A DNA stretch of 64,000 nt, from the NCBI GenBank assembly GCA_027487835.1, contig JAIYCU010000020.1, forward strand, positions 10,970-74,969, given 5' to 3'. Positions 31,447 to 41,304 of this stretch are shown piece by piece (positions within the stretch are counted from its first letter, which is position 1; the number at the start of each line of letters is the position of its first letter). The notes below the pieces were generated by a model that made no database searches, was not told the origin of the DNA, and worked only from the letters and a program-made list of their open reading frames with translations. This DNA comes from Bacteroidota bacterium. GTDB lineage: Bacteria > Bacteroidota > Bacteroidia > UKL13-3. The position numbers were made by a program, and so were the translations under genes.

Positions 31447-31998
31447 TTATGCGGGATAATACGGACTTATCATCAAATAAACGATTACGCCAGTAATCGT
31501 AACATATAACCAAATTGGATAGGCAAATCTCACAATTTTTTTATGTAAATCCACCTGCATCTGAAGACCTCTATAAAAACTTAACAGCACTAGTGGTAAA
31601 ACTAATGCAGCCAATGCAATATGTGAAACTAAAATGACATAATATAAATTTGCGTTAGGTGCATTTTCTGGATAGTAAGTTTGCGGTGCTATCCAATGAA
31701 AAACCACATAGCTAACCAAAAAAACACTGGATAAAGCAAATGCACTAAGGTTTACAGCCTTGTGTGCAGCAATATTTTTGTTTTTTATAAAATATAGTGA
31801 CAGTAGTAATAATATTGTACAAGTGCCATTAATGAATGCATTTAGTTTTGGGAGAAGGTAAGTCCAACTCGGCAATTCGATTGGTGCTGGTAAAACTTTC
31901 CTATTTAAAACGATTACGGCAATAAAAATCAAGACCGAAATGGCCATGATAATTCTAAAAACTAATTTATCTTCCTTTTCCTGGTTGATGGTATTCAT
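31447..31998 (-). CDS. DUF420 (CtaM-like) oxidase assembly membrane protein
   Basis: LNAFING, FLVSYVVFH, LVSHIAL, PIWLYVTITGVIVY. Confidence 0.88.
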   Translation of the reverse strand: MNTINQEKEDKLVFRIIMAISVLIFIAVIVLNRKVLPAPIELPSWTYLLPKLNAFINGTCTILLLLSLYFIKNKNIAAHKAVNLSAFALSSVFLVSYVVFHWIAPQTYYPENAPNANLYYVILVSHIALAALVLPLVLLSFYRGLQMQVDLHKKIVRFAYPIWLYVTITGVIVYLMISPYYPA

Positions 31999-32623
31999 AC
32001 AAAAGTACTTTTAAATCTTCTTCTAAATGCTTAATGTCAATGTCGCTTCCGCTATCATAAACGCCTCTAACATGTTTAGATTTGTCTATTAATATTAACT
32101 GCTGACTATGATCAATTGTTTTGTCTTCAATAGAAACTGGTAATAGCATTCCTTGACCAATGGCAAAAACGCCATCCACTCCTGAATTTACGAAATGCCA
32201 GATTTTAGGATCAGCTTCATATTTTTTGCTGTATGTAAGCAATACAGAGGTACTGTCATTTGCTGGGTCTACAGTAAAAGAAACAAATTTAACTTCTGCA
32301 AACTCTTTAAACCGTGTATATACTTTTTGTAATCTTCTATTCATAGAAGGGCATACATCCTTGCAGCTAGCAAAAAAGAAATTGGCAACAAAAATGTTAT
32401 TACTCAAATCATTGGAATGAAGGGTATCGCCACTTTGATCAATCCCCATAAAGTCGGGAATTGAATAGTAGATAGTATCCTTAATTCCGATGCCATCGGG
32501 AGCAATTCTTTCACCTAAAAAGGGAAGTTTTTTAAAATTTTGACTGCCCGCATTCAGCATATAAAAAATAACAACCGGCACTACAAGTAGTCCGGTTGCT
32601 ATAAAGAATCCTTTTTTTTTCAT
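31967..32623 (-). CDS. SCO family copper chaperone
   Basis: FFFASCKDVCP, VSFTVDPAND, DHSQ. Confidence 0.92.
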   Translation of the reverse strand: MKKKGFFIATGLLVVPVVIFYMLNAGSQNFKKLPFLGERIAPDGIGIKDTIYYSIPDFMGIDQSGDTLHSNDLSNNIFVANFFFASCKDVCPSMNRRLQKVYTRFKEFAEVKFVSFTVDPANDSTSVLLTYSKKYEADPKIWHFVNSGVDGVFAIGQGMLLPVSIEDKTIDHSQQLILIDKSKHVRGVYDSGSDIDIKHLEEDLKVLLYEYHQPGKGR

Positions 32624-32955
32624 TATTTGAGCCATCTCAAAACGTTTGTGAAATCGCCTTCAATTAGCATGAGGGCAACAAAGAAAATTACAAAAACCAT
32701 TGGAAGTACGATTGTGTACATTAAGGCTTTCTTTTCAAATTTCATGTGCATAAATACACCCACAATATAGTATGCTTTAACAACACCAAGTATAATAAAT
32801 ACCCAATTCTTCCACATTGCATGTGTGCTCAAGAGCACAAAATAAAGCACAATATCTACAACAGTGAAGGCCAATAAAATCCAGAATGTTTTCCAAATCT
32901 GGCTCTTCATATCCGAAGGAGTTTCTGTGTGTTCTAAATGTTCTGTATGTTCCAT
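32623..32955 (-). CDS. Cytochrome c oxidase subunit IV
   Basis: IWKTFWIL, KAYYIVGVFMHMKFE. Confidence 0.9.
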   Translation of the reverse strand: MEHTEHLEHTETPSDMKSQIWKTFWILLAFTVVDIVLYFVLLSTHAMWKNWVFIILGVVKAYYIVGVFMHMKFEKKALMYTIVLPMVFVIFFVALMLIEGDFTNVLRWLK

Positions 32956-32973
32956 TTTAAAATAGTTTTAGCG

Positions 32974-33726
32974 TTAAATTAAGTAGAAGAAAGTAAATAC
33001 AAATACCCATACTAAGTCTACGAAATGCCAGTATAAACCAACTTTTTCAACCATTTCATAGTGACCTCTTTTTTGGTAGGTGCCATCTAATACATTAAAA
33101 TAGATAATTATATTAAGCATTACCCCAGAGAATACGTGAAAGCCATGGAATCCTGTAACAATAAAGAACAGCGCTGCGAATGAGGTTGGTCCAAATGGGT
33201 TGCCATGTAAAGTTGCTCCTTCTCCAATAAAGGTTGTCCATTCCCAAGCTTGACAACCTAAGAAGGCTGCACCACCAATAATGGTTAGGAACATATATTT
33301 AGAAACTTCATCTTTAGCCATGCGGTGACCAGCCTCTACAGCAAGTACCATAGTTACTGAACTAAAGATTAGGATAAAGGTCATTAAACTTACGAAAAAC
33401 AATGGTAAATGCATACCATGCACAAAAGGGAAGTGATTAAATACCAATTCTGGCGAAGGCCAATGGTCTTTAACAAACAAACCAACATCTCCCATTTCTT
33501 TCACGAATTCGTGACTCAAATGATTGAATGGTTTTACGATAGTGTTTCTGATGGGCTCTAAAAATGAGTAACGGATAAAGCCGTACGCAATTAGTAAAGA
33601 AGAAAAAGTGAAGGCATCAGAAAGCAGAAATATCCACATCATGAGCTTACCATAGCTCACACTAAAGGGTGATTTACCGCCACCCCAGGTGAATTTACTG
33701 TTTGTTGTTAAGGTGTTTGTAGCCAT
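32974..33726 (-). CDS. Cytochrome c oxidase subunit III (second copy)
   Basis: GKLMMWIFLLSD, TGFHGFHV, GLYWHFVDLVWVF. Confidence 0.93.
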   Translation of the reverse strand: MATNTLTTNSKFTWGGGKSPFSVSYGKLMMWIFLLSDAFTFSSLLIAYGFIRYSFLEPIRNTIVKPFNHLSHEFVKEMGDVGLFVKDHWPSPELVFNHFPFVHGMHLPLFFVSLMTFILIFSSVTMVLAVEAGHRMAKDEVSKYMFLTIIGGAAFLGCQAWEWTTFIGEGATLHGNPFGPTSFAALFFIVTGFHGFHVFSGVMLNIIIYFNVLDGTYQKRGHYEMVEKVGLYWHFVDLVWVFVFTFFYLI

Positions 33727-33752
33727 TGTTCAATTATGCTTGTTTAGGTTAA

Positions 33753-34343
33753 TTAGCGATATAAGTATAAAAATAAATATAAATAAATCCAAAGTATGCC
33801 AATAAAATGCCAGTAGGTGAGGCACATATTTAAATAAAGTTGGAAACTGTTGGACAAGATTCGTTTAAAAGACAGTCCCCACATAATAAATAAAAAAACG
33901 AGTCCACCAATTACATGTGCCAAATGTAATCCAGAGATTACATATACAAAAGAGTTAGAAGGATTAGAGAAGGCAAAAAATACATTGTTGGCTATCAATT
34001 GTTGGTAGGCAAAGAACTGCCCAAAGCAAAATGATAATCCCAAGGCTACAGTTATCCCAAGGAATAATTTTGTTCTCCCGGATTGATTATTTTTAGCACT
34101 CCAAAACGCCAATTGCATAAATATGGATGAAACCACTGCAATAATAGTATTTACTAGAAAAAGAGAAGGTAATTCAAATACCTCCCAATTTCCCTCACCA
34201 CGTCTTACAATATAGGCAGAGGTGAATCCTGCGAATAACATTACACTTGCTACAATTAATAACCATAACACAAATTTCTTTGGGTTAATAATGTAGTTTT
34301 CTTCTTCTTTATATACAGTTTGCATGTTGTTAAATTTTGTCAA
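33753..34343 (-). CDS. Cytochrome c oxidase subunit III (first copy); start may be 34325
   Basis: PKKFVLWL, FAGFTSAY, SGLHLAHV, YWHFIGILW. Confidence 0.9.
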   Translation of the reverse strand: MTKFNNMQTVYKEEENYIINPKKFVLWLLIVASVMLFAGFTSAYIVRRGEGNWEVFELPSLFLVNTIIAVVSSIFMQLAFWSAKNNQSGRTKLFLGITVALGLSFCFGQFFAYQQLIANNVFFAFSNPSNSFVYVISGLHLAHVIGGLVFLFIMWGLSFKRILSNSFQLYLNMCLTYWHFIGILWIYLYLFLYLYR

Positions 34344-35241
34344 ATAAATAAGCTAATTGCACAATCGGAAGGTATACGAAGGAAGCAAACATTAGTTTTT
34401 TTGCATCCTTTGTTTCACAGGTTTTAAGGAGTCGAAACGAATAAAAGCTTAGCATTAAACCACCCAATACACCAACCACACCAGAACTTATGCCAGTTAT
34501 ACCATATTGCATAGGAAGCATTCCTAATGGAATAAGTACTAAACTAAAAATCAAAGTTTGTAAAGCAGTGCCTTTATCCCTTCCAGGTGTAGAAGGTAAC
34601 ATTTTGAAGCCTGCTCTTTTATAATCATCGTCTAAGATCCAAGCAATGCTCCAAAAGTGAGGAAATTGCCAGAAAAATTGAACCGCAAATAAAATGATAG
34701 CAGGGGTGTCAATACTTCCGCTGTAAGCAACCCATCCCAACATGGTAGGGATAGCACCTGGAAAAGCCCCCACAAAAACTGATATGGGAGAGATTCTTTT
34801 AAGTGGCGTGTAAATGAATGCATAGCTTATCAAGGCAAAAAAGGCTAACCAACCTGAGGCTGAATTAAGGTAATAGCCAATGATAAATACTCCAGCTAAG
34901 CCCATTATTAAACAAATTATTGAAGCCTCTAGCACACTCATTCGGTTAGTAGCAACAGGTCTGTTGGCGGTTCTAACCATTAATTTATCATAATCTTTTT
35001 CAATAATTTGATTAATTCCATTAGAGGCTCCTGTTACTAGAAAACCTCCAATTGTAAGCATGGCTACTTCAAACCAATTAATAGCCCCTTGACATGCAGT
35101 TAGGTAAGTAACTACAGAGGAGAACACGACCAGAAAGGTAAGCCTAAACTTTACCAGTTGGTTAAAGTCGCTCGCCTTTGACCTGAAGAAACTCATTTCT
35201 CCGTTAAGGTTATTTTCTATGACTGAAGTTTTAACTTCCAC
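34330..35241 (-). CDS. cyoE: Protoheme IX farnesyltransferase (heme o synthase)
   Basis: NQIIEKDYDKLMVRTANRP, YTPLKR, FFWQFPHFWSIAW. Confidence 0.95.
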   Translation of the reverse strand: MEVKTSVIENNLNGEMSFFRSKASDFNQLVKFRLTFLVVFSSVVTYLTACQGAINWFEVAMLTIGGFLVTGASNGINQIIEKDYDKLMVRTANRPVATNRMSVLEASIICLIMGLAGVFIIGYYLNSASGWLAFFALISYAFIYTPLKRISPISVFVGAFPGAIPTMLGWVAYSGSIDTPAIILFAVQFFWQFPHFWSIAWILDDDYKRAGFKMLPSTPGRDKGTALQTLIFSLVLIPLGMLPMQYGITGISSGVVGVLGGLMLSFYSFRLLKTCETKDAKKLMFASFVYLPIVQLAYLFDKI

Positions 35242-35245
35242 TGTT

Positions 35246-36214
35246 TTATTTTTCTTCTAAAAAGGTTGTTTTGCTAAAAGCAAGAATGAAAATGAAAATT
35301 TGCAATCCTGCTGTTAAGCTGCCCAATGTTAAATGAATGCTTTGGGCATTCCCCGGAAAGCTAAGGTTAGCTAACACGGCTCCTGTAAATGTTTGAGCAC
35401 ACATCATAAGGATTACTGCAAGCGAGGCTTTGTATAAAATACTATTGCGTTCAAATAATTTTTTGAACCTTAAATGAAGGAATACTGCTAAGCCTATATT
35501 TATAAGGCTCCAACTTCTGTGTACATAAAATACCCAGTCCATTTCATTTAACCAAAGGTCTCTGTTGTCAATTCTTTTGGCAATTTCATCAACTGATTCT
35601 CTTACCTGTGTGCCTAAGATAATTTGAATAAACATTACAAACATCATTAGCAAAACTAAAGGTTTAAGCATTGAATCTGGTTTTGCCATTCGAATTACAA
35701 AATCCTGACTTGCGGTGATGGTATAAATTAGCAAGGCCACAATTAATAAAGCTATCAACATATGGATAGTAACCATATATATTGCTAAATCAGTTGAAAC
35801 TACTTTTGCTCCTATCCATGCTTGAAAAGCTACAAGGACAAAGGATAACAAGCTCAACCAAAAGATTTTCTTATTCTCAGTTTTTAAATAAGGAAAAGAA
35901 AATATAAGGGTTAAGAAAATGAAAATACCAATTAATACACCCACTAAACGGTTATAATATTCCGTCCAAGTTTTAAATGCATCAAAGTCGGCTATTTCTT
36001 TACCTGCTACTGCAAATTTAGTTTTATAGTCTGCTGGCAGTTCACTGATATCAGAAGGGGGTACCCATTGTCCAAAGCATTTTGGCCAATCTGGGCAACC
36101 CATTCCACTTCCAGTGCTGCGTACTAATCCACCAACGAATATGAGAAAGAACACGGCTGCTATGGTTAGTATACCAAGGCGCCTAAATCGTATTTGCTTT
36201 TTAAGTTCGATAAT
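35246..36214 (-). CDS. ctaA: Heme A synthase (COX15/CtaA); first canonical start is GTG 36154, true start probably near 36214
   Basis: GGLVRSTGSGMGCPDWPKC, WTEYYNR, HM, GTQVRE, HR. Confidence 0.9.
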   Translation of the reverse strand: MIELKKQIRFRRLGILTIAAVFFLIFVGGLVRSTGSGMGCPDWPKCFGQWVPPSDISELPADYKTKFAVAGKEIADFDAFKTWTEYYNRLVGVLIGIFIFLTLIFSFPYLKTENKKIFWLSLLSFVLVAFQAWIGAKVVSTDLAIYMVTIHMLIALLIVALLIYTITASQDFVIRMAKPDSMLKPLVLLMMFVMFIQIILGTQVRESVDEIAKRIDNRDLWLNEMDWVFYVHRSWSLINIGLAVFLHLRFKKLFERNSILYKASLAVILMMCAQTFTGAVLANLSFPGNAQSIHLTLGSLTAGLQIFIFILAFSKTTFLEEK

Positions 36215-36222
36215 CTTGTTGT

Positions 36223-38070
36223 TTAGTGAGATGCCTCAGCTGAAACAGCAGATTTAACCGATACTTCAGGCAACCCTACAGCTTCTTCCAATGGGTCAAC
36301 CTGACCTGCATCAGGCACGTTTTGAGGAATGAAGTCTACCTCTGAACCTGGCTTGCTGTAGTCATAGGCCCAACGGTATACATGAGGAATTTCACCAGGC
36401 CAGTTACCATGTAAATGCTCAACTGGGGCTGTCCATTCTAAGGTATTTGAATTCCAAGGATTTTGCGGTGCACGTCTGCCTTTGAATATACTGTAAAAGA
36501 AATTAGCCAAGAAAATTAATTGGGCAATACCACCAAGCATTGCTGCAATTGTAATAAACTGGTTCATGTCAACAAAAACATTGAACTGATCGTATGCTGT
36601 ATTTGCATAGTACCTTCTTGGAACACCTGCTAAACCCATGAAGTGCATCGGGAAGAATACACAGTAGGCAGAGATTAGGGTCAACCAGAAATGTATGTGA
36701 CCAGCTGTCTCATTCAACATTCTACCAAACATTCTTGGATACCAATGGTAAATACCACTCATCATTCCAAAAATTGCAGCACTACCCATTACCAAATGGA
36801 AGTGGGCCACAACAAAATAAGTATCGTGAAGATTAATATCTAAGGCAGCATTACCAAGGTAAATACCAGTTAAACCACCTGAGATAAATAAAGAAACTAA
36901 GCCGATTGCAAACATCATTGCCGGAGTTAGCTTTAAATTTCCTTGCCATAATGTAGCAAGATAGTTAAAGGTCTTAACTGCTGAAGGTACTGCAATAATT
37001 AAGGTTCCTAACATGAAAACAGAACCTAAGAATGGATTCATACCTGTAATAAACATGTGGTGACCCCAAACAATAAAGGATAGAATTCCGATGGCTAGGA
37101 TTGAACCAATCATGGCACGGTATCCAAAAATTGGTTTTCTTGAATTAGTTGCAATAACTTCTGAAGTAATACCTAAGGCTGGTAATAAGATAATATATAC
37201 CTCTGGATGTCCTAAGAACCAGAAAAGATGTTGAAACAAAATTGGTGAACCACCTGTACGTTCGATGCCACCTGCAAATTCAGCAACAATTTCTGATAAG
37301 TAAAAAGAAGTACCGAAACTTCTATCAAAAATTAATAATAATGAACCTCCCAATAATACAGGGAAAGATAATAAACCTAAAATAGCAGTTGTTAAAAAGG
37401 CCCAAATGGTTAAAGGCATACGAGACATTTTCATGCCTTTTGTGCGCATATTTAAAATGGTTGCAATGTAATTGATACCTCCTAGTAAAGAAGAAGCGAT
37501 AAATAAAACCATAGCAACTAGCCAAAGTGTCATACCAGTTCCAGATCCTGGGATGGCCTTAGGCAATGCAGATAAAGGAGGATAAACCGTCCATCCAGCA
37601 GAGGCTGGTCCACCCTCAACAAATAAAGACCAAAGTAAAACCACAGAAGAGGTGAAGAAGAACCAATAAGACAACATATTCATAAATGGAGAGGCCATAT
37701 CTCTAGCACCTACTTGTAATGGAATCAATAAGTTAGAAAAAGTTCCACTTAAACCAGCTGTTAATACGTAAAATACCATGATGGTACCATGAATGGTTAT
37801 CAAGGCTAAATAGAAATTTGGATCTAGTTTACCATCTTTACCCCAGTGACCTAAGATACCTTCAAGAAAAGGGAAGGTCATGTTTGGATAAGCTAATTGT
37901 AAACGGAAAATCAAAGACATTAACATTCCAATGGTACCCATAATGATACCAGTGATGAGAAATTGCCTTGCAATCATTTTGTGGTCCATACTAAAGATAT
38001 ACTTCGTGATGAAGTTATCCTCATGGTGCTCATGATCGTCGTGGCTGTGTGTTAAGTTGTGATCGCTCAT
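36223..38070 (-). CDS. ctaD: Cytochrome c oxidase subunit I (A1 type)
   Basis: HGTIMVF, GWTVYPPL, FWFLGHPEVY, WGHHMF, VVAHFH, PRRY. Confidence 0.98.
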   Translation of the reverse strand: MSDHNLTHSHDDHEHHEDNFITKYIFSMDHKMIARQFLITGIIMGTIGMLMSLIFRLQLAYPNMTFPFLEGILGHWGKDGKLDPNFYLALITIHGTIMVFYVLTAGLSGTFSNLLIPLQVGARDMASPFMNMLSYWFFFTSSVVLLWSLFVEGGPASAGWTVYPPLSALPKAIPGSGTGMTLWLVAMVLFIASSLLGGINYIATILNMRTKGMKMSRMPLTIWAFLTTAILGLLSFPVLLGGSLLLIFDRSFGTSFYLSEIVAEFAGGIERTGGSPILFQHLFWFLGHPEVYIILLPALGITSEVIATNSRKPIFGYRAMIGSILAIGILSFIVWGHHMFITGMNPFLGSVFMLGTLIIAVPSAVKTFNYLATLWQGNLKLTPAMMFAIGLVSLFISGGLTGIYLGNAALDINLHDTYFVVAHFHLVMGSAAIFGMMSGIYHWYPRMFGRMLNETAGHIHFWLTLISAYCVFFPMHFMGLAGVPRRYYANTAYDQFNVFVDMNQFITIAAMLGGIAQLIFLANFFYSIFKGRRAPQNPWNSNTLEWTAPVEHLHGNWPGEIPHVYRWAYDYSKPGSEVDFIPQNVPDAGQVDPLEEAVGLPEVSVKSAVSAEASH

Positions 38071-38106
38071 ATAAAGTAGTAAGTTATTGTTTAATTGATT
38101 TAGAAA

Positions 38107-39537
38107 TTAGTTCATTGCAACTGGGGCATTGGCACTTTTGCCTGCAACTAATACCGGTTGTGATTTTAACCATTTTTGGTAGTCTTCCTTAGTATCTACT
38201 ACCACTTTCATTTTCATTCGATAATGTGCACCGCCACAAATTTTATTACATAATAGAATGTAATCAAAGTTTGAATCGTTTTTCTTGGTTCTCATTTCCG
38301 CTGTAGTAACAGTTGGCGTGAAGTGGAAACGAGTTGGCAAACCAGGAACAACGTTCATTTGCGCTCTGAAATGCGGGAAGTAGGCAGAGTGAATTACGTC
38401 TTTAGCTCTAAATGCAAATTCTACTGGTTCGTTTACTTCTAAATGCAATTCATTTACAATTATGTCATCATAGGCATTTACATCTGCTGTATCTACTCCT
38501 AATGCATTCACTTTTCCAACTTGTCTAAAATCATGCTTTCCCAATTTGTTATCAGCACCTGCATGGCGGGCATTCCAGCCAAATTGGTAAGCAAATATTT
38601 CTACATTTCTAGTGTTAGGTTCTGTTTTGGCTGTCATATGACTCCAAGTAATTAATCCACGAATTACAAGCACCGTTAAAACAACAGCGGGAACAGCAGT
38701 CCACCATAGTTCTAGTTTATGATTATCGGCATAGTAAAGGGCTTTTCTTTTCCCATCCGATTTGTATTTGAAACCATACCAGAAAAGTAGTATTTGTGTA
38801 ATGATGAATACAATTCCTGTGATAATAAGGGTTATCATAAACATGTTATCGTATTCCACACCATGCGCTGAGGCAGGTCCTTCATTAAAATAAGTTAGTT
38901 TTCCATGTACTATAAATTCCCAAGTTCCAGCTATTAGTCCTACCACCACAAATACCAACATAAGAACAGCGTTCACTGAATTCCAATTAATTGCTGGCTT
39001 TCCTTGTATATCACTAATTCTACCGAGGATAATAAACACGTACCTAATTACGCCTAACAATAGCACTCCAATTAATAATAATAACCAATTAATGGAAGAA
39101 GAAAGATCATTTCCATCTTCACTTGGCGGAACATTACCTGGAGTTGTTGCTGCTACTGCTGCGGTGGCAGCAGGTGCTTCGCTTTCGGCTTTTACATAAG
39201 CAATGATTGATTTAATTTGATTGTCTGAGAGATTTTCAAATGCAGTCATTGGACTTTCATTATTCTCTTTGTAAAGCTGAACAGCAACAGCATCGCCGCT
39301 TGCAATTAGTTTTTGAGAATTTTTAATCCATTTTACCAACCAAGCTTCTTCTCTTCTCTTATGAACATCTTTAAGCGCTGGCCCAACCACTTTATCATTT
39401 ATGGCATGGCATGAGGTACAATTTGCCTGAAATAGCGTTTTTCCTTCTTCAGCACTTTGTGCAAAAAGGCCTGAAATTAAAGAAAACGTGAGCGCCATTA
39501 CGAGGGCTGTTTTCGGTAACAGTTTGAAAATCTTCAT
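38107..39537 (-). CDS. ctaC: Cytochrome c oxidase subunit II with N-terminal cytochrome c domain
   Basis: N-terminal CTSCH heme site; C-terminal CuA ligands DVIHS...CNKICGGAHYRM; LELWWTAVP. Confidence 0.95.
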   Translation of the reverse strand: MKIFKLLPKTALVMALTFSLISGLFAQSAEEGKTLFQANCTSCHAINDKVVGPALKDVHKRREEAWLVKWIKNSQKLIASGDAVAVQLYKENNESPMTAFENLSDNQIKSIIAYVKAESEAPAATAAVAATTPGNVPPSEDGNDLSSSINWLLLLIGVLLLGVIRYVFIILGRISDIQGKPAINWNSVNAVLMLVFVVVGLIAGTWEFIVHGKLTYFNEGPASAHGVEYDNMFMITLIITGIVFIITQILLFWYGFKYKSDGKRKALYYADNHKLELWWTAVPAVVLTVLVIRGLITWSHMTAKTEPNTRNVEIFAYQFGWNARHAGADNKLGKHDFRQVGKVNALGVDTADVNAYDDIIVNELHLEVNEPVEFAFRAKDVIHSAYFPHFRAQMNVVPGLPTRFHFTPTVTTAEMRTKKNDSNFDYILLCNKICGGAHYRMKMKVVVDTKEDYQKWLKSQPVLVAGKSANAPVAMN

Positions 39538-39707
39538 CTTTTTTAGATTATTGATAGGATTACAGTTAGGTTAAATTGCGGTGCAATATAGTAAAGTAAT
39601 TTTTTTGCAATACTTGATTTTTTAAACAAAGTATTTTTTTTTGAAATTCACTTAAAAAAAAACCATATATCTATTGAACATGAGAGTTTTCCTAAGGTTT
39701 TAATTTT

Positions 39708-40925
39708 TTATTTTTTTACAGGATTTCCCTTCATTGGGGTTTTATAGATGATGGCACTATCTAGTTTTCCACCATTTGATTTGTCATTTGACATAGGTGT
39801 TTGGGGTTTTAATATGGCTTTATATTTTATAGAATCTTGTTTAGTTAAGGTTCTAATAGCTGCAATGCTATCCAATTGCCTTTTCATAGGATTTGTTTCT
39901 TGCGGGATTCCATTATTACCAGCTTTTTGAGGTAATAGGATTCCACTTGGTATAATTCTGGCGCCAAAGTTTTGCGAACCTTTTATGCGGGGCGCTATCA
40001 GTACATATTGATTATTTTTTGTAAAACAAAGGTCCTTAATTCCAATTTCCTCATCCAGCCATTTACTGATAAGTTTACCCGTTTCAGATTCCCAAACGCG
40101 CACGGAACCATCATTACAGCCTGTTATACAGTATTTACTGTCCTCAGTAAACCCAACTGACACTACCTTCCAACACTCAGTATTTAAAACAAACAATGTT
40201 TTCATGGTTTTTAAGTCCCAAATTCTAGCACTTTTATCATTTGAACCACTGATTAAATATTTATTGTTTGCGCTCATTGCTAAACAATTTACCACATCAG
40301 TATGCCCATCTAAAGTTCTCACTAATTTGCCAGTGGCCAAAGCGAAAATTTTTATTTGTGGGTCGCTATGAGCTATAAATATGTTGGCAGGACTAGGGCT
40401 CAAACATAAATCTTGGATTGAATTACCTGTTAAATAGTGTCTTACCGATTTTTTATTGGCAAGGTCCCACATAATCAATTTTCCATCCTTGTCTCCGCTA
40501 AATAGAAATTTTCCACTTCTGTCGAATAAAACGGCATGCACTGCGGTTTCATGTTTGTTATTTCCCCCTTCACTTAAGGGTACAAAGCGGTATAGGCTAT
40601 CATATAATCTAACTGTTTGGTCGCTAGAACCGCTGGCAAACATATTTCCTGCGAAGTTGTAGCATAAAGCATTAACTGGGGCTTGGTGTCCTATTAATTT
40701 TTGAACCAAGGTATATGGACTGTCGCTTTGGTAGATTAAAATTTCATTGTCCCAACCTGCAACTGCCATGCGTTTATATTTAGCCGGACTCATAGCGCAG
40801 GTATTCAAATCATTCCTTGCACCTTGCAATACAATCGGGATAATTTCTTTGCTTTCTTGCGCTAGAACCAGGGTTTGGTTCAAACCGAAAAGTAAAATTA
40901 TACTTGAATAGAAATATTTGAGCAT
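39708..40925 (-). CDS. WD40 repeat protein with signal peptide
   Basis: Repeats GH..VN.L.....SGS.D.TVRLYD / IMWD / RIWD / RVWE. Confidence 0.9.
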   Translation of the reverse strand: MLKYFYSSIILLFGLNQTLVLAQESKEIIPIVLQGARNDLNTCAMSPAKYKRMAVAGWDNEILIYQSDSPYTLVQKLIGHQAPVNALCYNFAGNMFASGSSDQTVRLYDSLYRFVPLSEGGNNKHETAVHAVLFDRSGKFLFSGDKDGKLIMWDLANKKSVRHYLTGNSIQDLCLSPSPANIFIAHSDPQIKIFALATGKLVRTLDGHTDVVNCLAMSANNKYLISGSNDKSARIWDLKTMKTLFVLNTECWKVVSVGFTEDSKYCITGCNDGSVRVWESETGKLISKWLDEEIGIKDLCFTKNNQYVLIAPRIKGSQNFGARIIPSGILLPQKAGNNGIPQETNPMKRQLDSIAAIRTLTKQDSIKYKAILKPQTPMSNDKSNGGKLDSAIIYKTPMKGNPVKK

Positions 40926-40966
40926 GGTGCAAAAATACTTAAATCAAGCACTTAACAAAGATGCTT

Positions 40967-41263
40967 TTACAGAAAAAACTTTAATAAGACAATGATAAAA
41001 CCATAAAGAAAGGTGGAAAGGATGACTCCTCTGCTAGCAAATAACTTATCGAAATGCATGAAAGAGAAGAATATACCTAAGTTTATAACACAACAAAGTG
41101 CCAATAAAGGGGATAGTAATTTTTGCTTAACCGCTAGGTTTAGAAACACATCTAAACTCGAGGTATTAAAGTTAAAAAGGTAAAAAAAATAAATTACGAT
41201 ACTGGGAGCTATTACTCCACATAGAAAGCCTACAATTAAGTTATCTAGCCAGCCAAATTTCAT
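40967..41263 (-). CDS. Hypothetical membrane protein
   Basis: Three hydrophobic helices, NL..FF and RGVIL pattern. Confidence 0.7.
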   Translation of the reverse strand: MKFGWLDNLIVGFLCGVIAPSIVIYFFYLFNFNTSSLDVFLNLAVKQKLLSPLLALCCVINLGIFFSFMHFDKLFASRGVILSTFLYGFIIVLLKFFL

Positions 41264-41304
41264 ATGATGTTATTAGGATATGGGTATGCAAATAACATCA
41301 ATTG

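Noticed and set aside
32974..34343. Two subunit III genes as an anomaly
   Set aside because: Split or dual subunit III is the usual layout of Bacteroidota aa3 oxidase operons
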